This document shows, one piece after another, positions 37,568-46,341 of a stretch of 64,000 nucleotides of DNA (within the stretch, counting starts at the first letter, position 1; each line of letters opens with the position of its first letter). The notes below the pieces were generated by a model. That model did no database searches and had not been told where the DNA came from. It worked only from the letters and a program-made list of their open reading frames with translations. The translations under genes were made by a program, and so were the position numbers. The stretch is taken from positions 124,001 to 188,000 of the IMG/VR virus record IMGVR_UViG_3300042308_001616; one strand, written 5' to 3'.

Positions 37568-38299
37568 TTAAAATGAACCTTCAAATATATAATATTCCAT
37601 TTTTTTACCTTTGAAATCGGTTTCTGTTAAGTTTTCTATTATCGAGATGAAACCCCTTTCAGAATAATTACCACCTCTCAACATTTCGTATTTTAATTTT
37701 TCTTTGAAGGTATTTTCATCTAAAATTTTGTTTAGACTTATTTCTATTCCAACTGGAAGATTTATAGACTTACTTTTTGCCTCATTGAAAAGATATTCTG
37801 AAACATTCTCATATATTATCTCAATTTCACTCTGACTATATGCTATAACTCTCAATGTTTCTTCGTTTCCCCAACCCTCAACACTAAATGAGTGTTCTTC
37901 AGGATCTATGGATTCTATATGTCCTAAGTTTGTGTCGTAGTACTCTGCTATTGCTTTCTCAGTATCAATTGTTGCACGATTTATTCCTTTCGATAAACAT
38001 TTCCCTATTTCTGATATTTTATATTCATCAGACTCGTATAATTTGAACTTTTCAAATGTCATTACTCCATCTTCTTCCATTCCTACTAAATCATCTATTG
38101 TGTCTTTTAGAACTACATCAATTCCATTAACTTCTTGTAGGTTGTTCATCTTAAGGAAAAGATTGAAATTGTCATTTCCAGTTTTCATATATCTCCTAAG
38201 TTCGGATGGTCTTATACTTTCTCTTCCAATGTAGTCGTTTACGAGTTTTTTCATCTCGTCGTAATACCTGTTGGCGTCTTCTCTGTTATTGATTGACAT
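37568..38299 (-). CDS. Hypothetical protein (internal 'VMTFEKFKLYES')
   Basis: 243-aa ORF, late box upstream. Confidence 0.7.
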   Translation of the reverse strand: MSINNREDANRYYDEMKKLVNDYIGRESIRPSELRRYMKTGNDNFNLFLKMNNLQEVNGIDVVLKDTIDDLVGMEEDGVMTFEKFKLYESDEYKISEIGKCLSKGINRATIDTEKAIAEYYDTNLGHIESIDPEEHSFSVEGWGNEETLRVIAYSQSEIEIIYENVSEYLFNEAKSKSINLPVGIEISLNKILDENTFKEKLKYEMLRGGNYSERGFISIIENLTETDFKGKKMEYYIFEGSF

Positions 38300-38323
38300 A
38301 TCGTTATAAAGATTTTTACAGAA

Positions 38324-38366
38324 TATATATAAAATACCGGATGCGACAATTCCAAATTAATATATA
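38324..38366. promoter_or_regulatory. Back-to-back divergent WATATATA boxes
   Basis: Minus TATATATA 38324-38331; plus AATATATA 38359-38366, 4 nt before ATG. Confidence 0.55.
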
Positions 38367-38370
38367 AAAC

Positions 38371-39273
38371 ATGAGTTTATCACATTCAAGAACATATTAC
38401 AATTTGAAACCGGTCGAATATGTAATCAAAGAAAGATACAATCTTTTAGAAGATAATGAGTTCGTTCCTAGGTTTTCACTTAAGAATGTGAAGGATATAG
38501 CCAATATACCAATCAATGAACCAATCAAATATAACGAACAGATATTAATAAAGGCCATAAAGTATGGTATGATATTCCTCATCAATTACAAAGGAGAAAA
38601 AGATAAACATTTCGCCGGCCATGAACGTGTCGTGTACCCTATGGTTTTAGGAAGGTCATCTAAAGGAAAACCACTTCTCAGAGGATGGCACCTAAATGGA
38701 TGGTCAGTTTCACAGAATAGACATATCAACAAAATTTGGAGGATGTTTAGGACAGACAGGATATTATCAATGACATTCACAGGTTCATTTTATAGGTTAG
38801 CACCCGCAGGTTATAATATGAACGATAAAGGTATGAGGGGTGGAATTATAGCTAAGGCAGATTTTGCCGAAATAAGAAGAAACCAACAGAATCTTGTAAA
38901 TCAAAATAAAATACAAGCGAGAGAGGAAATAGAGATGGGTACTCCAGAAAAGAAATTCTCGTCAATTATAGTTAAGGATACTGAGACACAATTAGATTTG
39001 TTGAAACCTATGGAAAATGCCAATATATCTGGTATAAAAGATATAAATACACTTAGACTTTCTTTTTTGAAGAGTGTTTATGGTAATAAATATATTGCAG
39101 TTATGGGTGCACTTGGACAACCAGGAAATACAGTAAAAGTAAATACTGATAAAGGTAGCCAGCTGGGAGTATTCAAAGTACTCGACTCAATCACTGGCCA
39201 AGTACTCAAAAATATTAAAAATGTAAAAGGTAACACAATTTATGATTTGTATTTATTTGATAAAAAAGTATAA
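38371..39273 (+). CDS. WYL-like domain protein
   Basis: 'INYKG...ERVVYPMVLG...LLRGW...WRMFRTDRILSM'. Confidence 0.7.
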   Translation: MSLSHSRTYYNLKPVEYVIKERYNLLEDNEFVPRFSLKNVKDIANIPINEPIKYNEQILIKAIKYGMIFLINYKGEKDKHFAGHERVVYPMVLGRSSKGKPLLRGWHLNGWSVSQNRHINKIWRMFRTDRILSMTFTGSFYRLAPAGYNMNDKGMRGGIIAKADFAEIRRNQQNLVNQNKIQAREEIEMGTPEKKFSSIIVKDTETQLDLLKPMENANISGIKDINTLRLSFLKSVYGNKYIAVMGALGQPGNTVKVNTDKGSQLGVFKVLDSITGQVLKNIKNVKGNTIYDLYLFDKKV

Positions 39274-39326
39274 AAAGGCTTTTATAAATGAATATATAGT
39301 TATATAAAAAAAAATAAAATTTAAAC

Positions 39327-39941
39327 ATGAAGCATATTAAAAAATACGAAAGCTTTTCTGTTAATGAGGAATTACAATTGTTTAATTTTGCTGCAGCTTT
39401 GAAAAAATTAGTTTCTATGTCAGCGGATGAAATCAAAGCAAAGTTTCCTGGTATAGATAAAGCTGTTGAAAAACCTGAGGTTAATGCAGTTTTAAGTAAT
39501 CAAGATATAGATGCCGCAGATTTCAGTGATCCAAATGCAAGTGGACAATTAAGTAGTGTTGCAGGTGATTTAGAAAAACAAAGTGAATCTAAAATCAATG
39601 AAAATATTTTCATTGATAAGTTAAAAAGTATTTGGAATAAAGTAAAAGCACCTGCAGCATTAGTTTCTGCTGCGGCTGCATTAGCTCCAATCTTTATGGG
39701 TATGAAGGATTTTGTCACTAACGTTCCAGCTGATACTTTCAAATTTCTTGGTTTCAACGATTATGATGCGGGTGGTCAAAGTTTTACTGGATTAGGTTTT
39801 GCTGCAATGGTTTATGCAGTTGCTGCATTAGCATTTTTTGTCAAAAAAGGTTTAGTAGATAAACAAGTTGCTGCTGAAACTACTGCTCCTAAAAAACCAG
39901 TCAATGTGGTTAAGAGAGACAAATATGGTAGACCAATCTAA
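39327..39941 (+). CDS. Leader-bearing (MKHIKKYESFSVNE) protein with two hydrophobic helices
   Basis: Leader; second 'KINE' site; Ala-rich TM-like segments. Confidence 0.7.
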   Translation: MKHIKKYESFSVNEELQLFNFAAALKKLVSMSADEIKAKFPGIDKAVEKPEVNAVLSNQDIDAADFSDPNASGQLSSVAGDLEKQSESKINENIFIDKLKSIWNKVKAPAALVSAAAALAPIFMGMKDFVTNVPADTFKFLGFNDYDAGGQSFTGLGFAAMVYAVAALAFFVKKGLVDKQVAAETTAPKKPVNVVKRDKYGRPI

Positions 39942-39954
39942 ATAATTTTTATAT

Positions 39955-39985
39955 AAAAAGGCCGATTTTATTATCGGCCTTTTTT
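39955..39985. terminator. Bidirectional intrinsic terminator
   Basis: AAAAAGGCCGAT-tttatt-ATCGGCCTTTTT. Confidence 0.85.
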
Positions 39986-39992
39986 ATTTATT

Positions 39993-40310
39993 CTAAATTT
40001 CGTTTAGAACTTTTTTGTGATTTTCTATTTCTTCAACTTCTTTATCAAATTCATCATTTGTTTTTTTCAATTTTGTGTTATAAACATATAAGTGTGATGT
40101 AAGAATGAATAATGCAATAATAGTAGAGTAACCATTTATTAGTGTAACAATACTGAAACCAATCAAAAAAGGAATCAGTGATATTACATATGTTGTAACT
40201 GGTAATATTAAGATACTTGCTAATTTACATAAGAAAAGTTGTTTCTTTATCTGTGACTTAGTAAGGTTTTTATCTAAGTATTCTTTTTTTATTTCTTCTA
40301 ATGTCTTCAT
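39993..40310 (-). CDS. Small two-TM membrane protein
   Basis: Hydrophobic core; TAnnTTTG box upstream. Confidence 0.65.
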   Translation of the reverse strand: MKTLEEIKKEYLDKNLTKSQIKKQLFLCKLASILILPVTTYVISLIPFLIGFSIVTLINGYSTIIALFILTSHLYVYNTKLKKTNDEFDKEVEEIENHKKVLNEI

Positions 40311-40334
40311 GTCTGTCGTTGTTTGTTTGTTTTA

Positions 40335-40342
40335 CAAAAATA
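40335..40342 (-). promoter_or_regulatory. Bacteroidota-type -7 promoter box
   Basis: Minus-strand TATTTTTG(TAAAA). Confidence 0.45.
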
Positions 40343-40390
40343 ATCATTTTATTCATAGTTACAGAATTTTTTCTGAAAAAATATTAATAA

Positions 40391-40876
40391 TTATTCTGAG
40401 TCAGATATGTTGAAGTGGTCTAATAAAGGAGATCTCATTTCTTCACCTCTAAGTATTCTCTTGTCGTTCTCTGTAAGAGATTCGATTCCTACTTCGTTTA
40501 TCTTATCGAGTATTTCGTCAGATCCGATGAAGTCCAGCTTGTATTGGTGAAACTCAATAATCATTTTTTCCTCTGCGTACCCCAAAATTGAAGTATCGTA
40601 TTTCCCGTTGATTACGTCGCTTGTTATGTCAGTAAATACGTCTGGTGTTGAACCGGTTTTGATTTCTAGTTCGATTACCTTGTCTATATCCTGTTTTTCC
40701 ACGAATGTGATTAGTAACATTTCATCAGTTTCTTTCCAAGTACAATTTTGTCCGTCGAATCCGAATATGTGTGCGTTGCTGATGAAGTCCTCAATGAAGT
40801 CCTTTTCTCTTTGGTCTAAAAGGTTCTCGTCTAATTGCTGACCTGGCTTCAATATAGTTTGGAATATTCTTTTCAT
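40391..40876 (-). CDS. Hypothetical protein with DUF6576-like C-terminal motif
   Basis: 'DEILDKINEVGIESLTENDKRIL'. Confidence 0.7.
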   Translation of the reverse strand: MKRIFQTILKPGQQLDENLLDQREKDFIEDFISNAHIFGFDGQNCTWKETDEMLLITFVEKQDIDKVIELEIKTGSTPDVFTDITSDVINGKYDTSILGYAEEKMIIEFHQYKLDFIGSDEILDKINEVGIESLTENDKRILRGEEMRSPLLDHFNISDSE

Positions 40877-40894
40877 AATCTTCCTCTGTTTTTA

Positions 40895-40902
40895 CAAATA
40901 TA
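40895..40902 (-). promoter_or_regulatory. Bacteroidota-type -7 promoter box
   Basis: Minus-strand TATATTTG(TAAAA). Confidence 0.5.
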
Positions 40903-40975
40903 CGCCAAGTTTCAATAACACACATTACCAAAAATAAATTTCAGTTTATTATATATACTAAAAAATAAAATCATT

Positions 40976-41548
40976 ATGATGAACAATATCAAATGTTTCG
41001 ACTCTTTCAACGAGAAGAAAGAAGAATTAAAACATAAAGCTCTATCTAAAGAGATTAAAGATTTGAAAAAGAAAAGAGATCAATTGTTAGTTGTTAGACC
41101 TAAAAAGGATACGGATAAGCATATTATTAAATTGAATAAGGAAATTGAGAATAAGGAAAAAGATTATAAAAATGAAGTAAAAGCTCTTAAAGAGAATCAT
41201 GATGGAGGTCCTCAAAACTATATGTTCTTTGGCAATCTTAAAACAATCAAAAGATTGGTTGATGAGATGTTAGAAATGGATGAAGCCGAAGTTGATTCTA
41301 TGCTCACAAATGGACACAATTGGGCATTAGATCACATTGCAACATCTAAAGACGATGTAGAAGAAGTATTCAACTTCCTCGCAGGACACAAAGAATCGGA
41401 AGGTCATGAAGAGCACGAAGAAGAACATCATATAGAAAAACCACTATTAGGCGGACCTGAATCATCTCACACGGTTCATGACAATCATATGAGAAATATG
41501 ACATCCGAAGAAGATGATAATATAAAAGGATTTGAGGATTTTCAGTAA
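40976..41548 (+). CDS. Hypothetical protein with leader motif at both ends (NIKCFDSFNE ... NIKGFEDF)
   Basis: Coiled coil, 'NYMFFGNL...HNWALDHI', His/Glu-rich tail; late box upstream. Confidence 0.7.
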   Translation: MMNNIKCFDSFNEKKEELKHKALSKEIKDLKKKRDQLLVVRPKKDTDKHIIKLNKEIENKEKDYKNEVKALKENHDGGPQNYMFFGNLKTIKRLVDEMLEMDEAEVDSMLTNGHNWALDHIATSKDDVEEVFNFLAGHKESEGHEEHEEEHHIEKPLLGGPESSHTVHDNHMRNMTSEEDDNIKGFEDFQ

Positions 41549-41577
41549 TCTATCAAATAAAAAAATAAATAAAAACA

Positions 41578-42189
41578 ATGTCTTATACAAGAGAACAAAT
41601 TGAAGCAGCCGTAAAGGCCAAAGGTTATGTTTGGTTTTCCGATAACTCAAATAAAAGTTATGATGTAAATATTGTTGGAGTTAGAAATTCATCAACTGGT
41701 AAAAAAGTTACCAATGTATTTGATGACGTAATCACTATATCATTTAAAGATGAATCAGGAAAATGGCAATACTTTGAGTGGAACAATACTACCGATCCGG
41801 GCAAGAAATCTATGCTTGAGTGGAAAAAGATGGGCATAACTGGTGGTTGTGCTAGGTTGTTAGCTGGACAATACCGTTCTGTTTGGACAATAGATAAACA
41901 CCAAGGAAAGTATGAAGCATTATGTCAAAGAAATGGAAAAGTTAAAGTTTATAGGGATTCTGATTTAGATCTTGAATATGATGAAGATAAAATTACCGAA
42001 GGAATCTACGGCATAAACATTCATAAAGCTGGACAAGATTCTACATGGGTAGAAAATTGGTCGGCCGGATGCCAAGTGTTTAAAAGAGTAAAGGATTTTG
42101 ATGTATTTATGAAAATTGTTAAGAAGGCTGCTAAAATACACGGTAATTCTTTCACTTATACACTTTTAGAAAGTAAAGATATAGTATAG
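41578..42189 (+). CDS. YkuD/L,D-transpeptidase-like Cys enzyme, candidate endolysin
   Basis: 'GINIHKAG...VENWSAGCQVF' H...SxGC motif. Confidence 0.6.
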   Translation: MSYTREQIEAAVKAKGYVWFSDNSNKSYDVNIVGVRNSSTGKKVTNVFDDVITISFKDESGKWQYFEWNNTTDPGKKSMLEWKKMGITGGCARLLAGQYRSVWTIDKHQGKYEALCQRNGKVKVYRDSDLDLEYDEDKITEGIYGINIHKAGQDSTWVENWSAGCQVFKRVKDFDVFMKIVKKAAKIHGNSFTYTLLESKDIV

Positions 42190-42309
42190 AATTTATAACT
42201 GATAAGTAATATAAGAACAAATACATAAAACCATATATAATTATGGGAAGAAAAATAAGAGCCATCCATAGATGGCTCTATTTATGTGAAACAAAAACAA
42301 TCCAAAATA

Positions 42310-42807
42310 ATGAACCTTTTCACTCCAGAAGAAATCGATAGAATAAATAAATCGACAGAGAAAAACACACGAATGGAGACATTCTTTGATGAAAAGAGAG
42401 AGGGGTGGAATGTTGCAGTCGAACCTCTATTTACAACACTCAATATAGATTTATCAAATCCAAATAACTCTTATAAAATATTCGAGGCACAAGCAACCGC
42501 ACTCACATTTAGACAAAAACTGAATGAAGAGATAACAACCTTTATAATAAGAAGAGGTAAGGAAGATAGCAAACTCAGATCACTGAAACACGAGAAACTC
42601 GTTTTCTACGCAGTTTCATCACCACTAAAAGCAACATCTCAGTCCGATAAATCAGTTCTCATAGAAGGACATATTGCAGAGAATCAAAGAGGAATACAAA
42701 TAATAGAGTCTTATATAGACTTCTTACGCGAAACTAATAAAACACTCGAGTCATTCCAATACTCAATCAAAAACCGAATAGAACTAATGAATTACTTAGG
42801 AAAATGA
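42310..42807 (+). CDS. UvsY-like recombination mediator
   Basis: Helical; C-term 'DFLRET.KTLESFQYSIKNRIEL' resembles UvsY tail; first ATG used (GTG at 42286 possible). Confidence 0.5.
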   Translation: MNLFTPEEIDRINKSTEKNTRMETFFDEKREGWNVAVEPLFTTLNIDLSNPNNSYKIFEAQATALTFRQKLNEEITTFIIRRGKEDSKLRSLKHEKLVFYAVSSPLKATSQSDKSVLIEGHIAENQRGIQIIESYIDFLRETNKTLESFQYSIKNRIELMNYLGK

Positions 42808-43163
42808 TAAAATTTAGACTAATATTCGACTGGTACGTCAACGACTTTTTCGATAAGGTCAAAATTTTCGAAGCAGGACATATTTTTTTACCATCAGAAG
42901 ATGGTAATTATATAATCGAAAATCCAATAAATGGTGGAAAAACAAAGATGGATATCGAACAGATGAGAAATGCTAAAGATGGTTCAGTACTTATGTTTGA
43001 AGAGATAGAAGAACAGGAAATCAATATAATTATCGATGAGGTACCAGAGGAAAAGGATCTCGAGATAAAGAACTGGCGCATACAACTCGACGTGAAGACG
43101 TCACTTAGAAATCTCAAAAAGATTGAGGTTTTCATAAAAGAAAATATACAGGAATTACTATGA
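42804..43163 (+). CDS. Hypothetical protein
   Basis: ATGA-coupled on both sides. Confidence 0.65.
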   Translation: MIKFRLIFDWYVNDFFDKVKIFEAGHIFLPSEDGNYIIENPINGGKTKMDIEQMRNAKDGSVLMFEEIEEQEINIIIDEVPEEKDLEIKNWRIQLDVKTSLRNLKKIEVFIKENIQELL

Positions 43164-44218
43164 AGGTAAATAAGGCAAAAGTTACATTCTCATCAATCGT
43201 TAGTATCGGTGAGGAAGTTAGCAGACTTGAGAAAGAGACCGGTGAAAAATACCTCAAATTACACAGAGGTGTTATGGACGTAACCAACCTGAATATGACA
43301 TCATCAATTGCAAAGGCAATGTGCTCACCTACAATTGACCATTATGGACCTAATGACGGATGGCCGGATCTTTTGGAATACCTAAACGAAGGTATGCCGG
43401 ATAATACAAAAACATTGATAACACCCGGTGGAATGGCAGCACTGGATCTTCTAATAGAGTCTATGGACTATAAAAACTTTTACGTGCCTAATTTCCATTG
43501 GGGCTCATGGAGTAAAATACTTATCACACACGATAAAGAAATAAAGACATATGACGACTTCAACCTTAGTAATTTCAGACCAAGAAGTGGGGTTGTTATG
43601 TTGTGTGTTCCTTCTAACCCTACCGGATATCGCGCAAGTGATAAAGAGATTGAGGATTTCCTGAACTACGCTTCAAACAATAATATTGTTGTAATATTAG
43701 ACCTTCCATATTGGGATTTACTATGTGAGGAAGGGAAATACAAAAGATTTATCAGTGAGAACGTTATTATCGTTTCTTCTTATTCGAAGTCATTAGGTTT
43801 ATCTGGTTATCGAGTGGGAAGTGTATCTACACTTTCAGATGAACTTTATCAATCGATGAGAGTAAGGTCTCTCTACAAATATAATTCTCCTGCAACCATT
43901 ACACAATACATAATAAGTAATGCACTCTATAAAAGAGAAGAAATGATTGATTTCAGAAAGGAGACCGCCAATCACATAAGTAGAAATATAGAATTACTTA
44001 AGAATAATGGTTTACTTTACGACGGATATCCAACTACACCAATAGGTCCTTTCGCAATAGTTAATATAAGTCAAGAGGAACTTATGTCTAAGAAAATATC
44101 AAGTGTTCCATTAACGAGTTTCACAATTGACAAAGATCCTAAATACAACGGACTCAGTAGAATATCTGTGGCAGTAAGAAGTGAAATATTTGAAGAATAT
44201 TTCAAAGTATTCAAATAA
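43160..44218 (+). CDS. PLP-dependent aminotransferase, class I/II
   Basis: 'PSNPTG', 'ILDLPY', 'SSYSKSLGLSGYRVG', C-term 'RIS'. Confidence 0.88.
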   Translation: MKVNKAKVTFSSIVSIGEEVSRLEKETGEKYLKLHRGVMDVTNLNMTSSIAKAMCSPTIDHYGPNDGWPDLLEYLNEGMPDNTKTLITPGGMAALDLLIESMDYKNFYVPNFHWGSWSKILITHDKEIKTYDDFNLSNFRPRSGVVMLCVPSNPTGYRASDKEIEDFLNYASNNNIVVILDLPYWDLLCEEGKYKRFISENVIIVSSYSKSLGLSGYRVGSVSTLSDELYQSMRVRSLYKYNSPATITQYIISNALYKREEMIDFRKETANHISRNIELLKNNGLLYDGYPTTPIGPFAIVNISQEELMSKKISSVPLTSFTIDKDPKYNGLSRISVAVRSEIFEEYFKVFK

Positions 44219-44222
44219 GTAC

Positions 44223-44230
44223 TATATTTG
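44223..44230 (+). promoter_or_regulatory. Bacteroidota-type -7 promoter box
   Basis: TATATTTG 3 nt before ATG 44234. Confidence 0.4.
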
Positions 44231-44233
44231 AAT

Positions 44234-44659
44234 ATGAGTGCCGATAGAGATTTTGTAAAGATAATCACCGCCGAGTGGACCACACTGATTGAATCGGTCG
44301 AGGTAGATGGTTTCAACCGACCAGTGGAGAAAGTCAGAAAACACATAGATTTCGAAAGGTGTTACTTAAGCTTTATTCTTGAAGACCTTTCACAAGATGA
44401 TAGGTTTATACCAATAGACGAGAATACAAAAAAGACCTACCGCAAATGGGGCGACAAACTCGTACGTATATTTGAAAACATACTAGGTGAAAAAGATAAG
44501 ACAGTACCAAATAGTTCTTTTACAGAATTCAAATTCCGTTCCGGATGGGGTGAGAGTCTGGAATACTCAGTATGGAGAATAAGTATTGTTTTCAATATAC
44601 CTGGTATGATGGCTAGACATAGAGAGATGAAAATAGACGAACTTCTGAACGGTAAATAA
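44234..44659 (+). CDS. Hypothetical protein with C-terminal REMKIDELL motif
   Basis: First ATG at 44234; motif at end. Confidence 0.7.
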   Translation: MSADRDFVKIITAEWTTLIESVEVDGFNRPVEKVRKHIDFERCYLSFILEDLSQDDRFIPIDENTKKTYRKWGDKLVRIFENILGEKDKTVPNSSFTEFKFRSGWGESLEYSVWRISIVFNIPGMMARHREMKIDELLNGK

Positions 44660-44693
44660 ACTATTTTGGAATAGAGATATGAATATATACTCT

Positions 44694-46340
44694 ATGAAGA
44701 ACATAAAGGGTTGGAAAAAATACTTCGAACGAGAACTCACACTCAACAATTTAGGTAGTAGAAAAAGAGGAGACGTTTTAGTCGCCAAATTACGTGCCGG
44801 TGATGATATCGAACTAAATAATGGTAAGAAAGTCGACATCGAGAAGATGAAAGATCCAGATGTTGATGGTGAATGGAAAGACATCGATGTTGCAGTTGCT
44901 AATATAACTGACGATGAGGGTCATTACGATACTGAGAAAGCATCCGATTATCTAAAAAAGAAGAATAGACTTACTAATGTATTTTTAGATGAAGATGATG
45001 GTAAAATTTATAAAATATCCGACTTCAAAAAGACTACCGATTTTGGATCATCTGGATCCGGAAGACGAATAAGAGAAAACGAGTCTATACAAGCACTTTT
45101 CCTAGCCAAAAGAATTGTAGATGGTGTGGATATACCAGAAGATCCAGAAGCTATTAGAAATATCCTTTTAGGATTATCCGAAGATTTATCACATACAAAA
45201 AAGTTTAAATACGAGAAGACTGAATTATGTGAGGTTTATGTTGCACCAACATTCGTACTTGACGACGAGGTTATAGATTACTATATGTCCGATTCTGCAT
45301 GGATTGCAACTTTCTGTAAAGTTCCGAATCTACTTGCCAAATATCGACTCAAAAGTGGTAAATCTATCGAACCACTTATACCTACATCAATAAAATACAG
45401 GATATATCATATTTCTTACAAAGAACCAGATTCGGTACCAGCCAAACTCATATCTACGTATAATCGTATAAACAAAGAGTTCGGCTTCTCGGTCGAGTTC
45501 TCAAAGTACAATCCTGCCGACGTTTTTATGGTCGATATAGACCGGATAAATGAAATCTACACAACAATGGACTCATGTAGTGACATACTCGAGTTAAACA
45601 CCGCTATGAATTCTATGTTCGACGAAAGGATATTAATACCAATATCACTCAAACGTTCAGGTCCTAGTGACGGTGATACACTTATTGTTGTGAATGCCGA
45701 ACACGAAATGACACTTCCACAGTTTTCGGTAAGAGGTATGAGATTATCTAATGATGTGAGTAAAGGTATTGGTACCAAAATTATGACTATATCAACCTGG
45801 AACAATGGTGGTCGGCTAATTGAAACAGAAAGGAACTTATCAATAGACTCACCTAACACTGGACAGAATGTAAATATTGATGGTGAGATTGACGGAAAGT
45901 GGGCTAGACACGGAAAGATATCACTTTCATGGATGATAAAATTTATCGAAGAATCAAATCTCTACGACAGAGTAAGAGATTACGTAGAGGATCAACCAAT
46001 AAATACTTTCCAGGATTTAAACAGACTCAGTGAAGAAGAATTGGAATCTATTTTATCATCAATAAACGCTGACATATTATCAATGGAAAGAGATATAAAG
46101 GTTGAAATTCTATCTGATGTACGTGGTAGAAATATAGATGGTGAGGGTAGGAAGAGGAAACTAATATCGAAAGTACAATCGATGCAGGTCATAAGAGCAC
46201 TCACTGTAATAGATTCACATGATAATTCCGAAAAAGAGAGAGAGATAGACAAAATTGTCTCAAATATGATGTTGTATGCACTCTCTATCAAAAACCCTAA
46301 CTTTGAATCACCTAGGTACGTCAGAGCGGTCGAACGATAA
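44694..46340 (+). CDS. Putative PD-(D/E)XK nuclease-like protein with leader MKNIKGWKKYFERE
   Basis: 'SKYNPADVFMV...LIPISLKR'; AATATATA 4 nt upstream of revised start. Confidence 0.5.
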   Translation: MKNIKGWKKYFERELTLNNLGSRKRGDVLVAKLRAGDDIELNNGKKVDIEKMKDPDVDGEWKDIDVAVANITDDEGHYDTEKASDYLKKKNRLTNVFLDEDDGKIYKISDFKKTTDFGSSGSGRRIRENESIQALFLAKRIVDGVDIPEDPEAIRNILLGLSEDLSHTKKFKYEKTELCEVYVAPTFVLDDEVIDYYMSDSAWIATFCKVPNLLAKYRLKSGKSIEPLIPTSIKYRIYHISYKEPDSVPAKLISTYNRINKEFGFSVEFSKYNPADVFMVDIDRINEIYTTMDSCSDILELNTAMNSMFDERILIPISLKRSGPSDGDTLIVVNAEHEMTLPQFSVRGMRLSNDVSKGIGTKIMTISTWNNGGRLIETERNLSIDSPNTGQNVNIDGEIDGKWARHGKISLSWMIKFIEESNLYDRVRDYVEDQPINTFQDLNRLSEEELESILSSINADILSMERDIKVEILSDVRGRNIDGEGRKRKLISKVQSMQVIRALTVIDSHDNSEKEREIDKIVSNMMLYALSIKNPNFESPRYVRAVER

Positions 46341-46341
46341 A

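Noticed and set aside
42243-42341. Short ORF after CATATATA with hairpin AGAGCCATC/GATGGCTCT
   Set aside because: About 32 codons, spans a hairpin and overlaps the UvsY-like start; insufficient support
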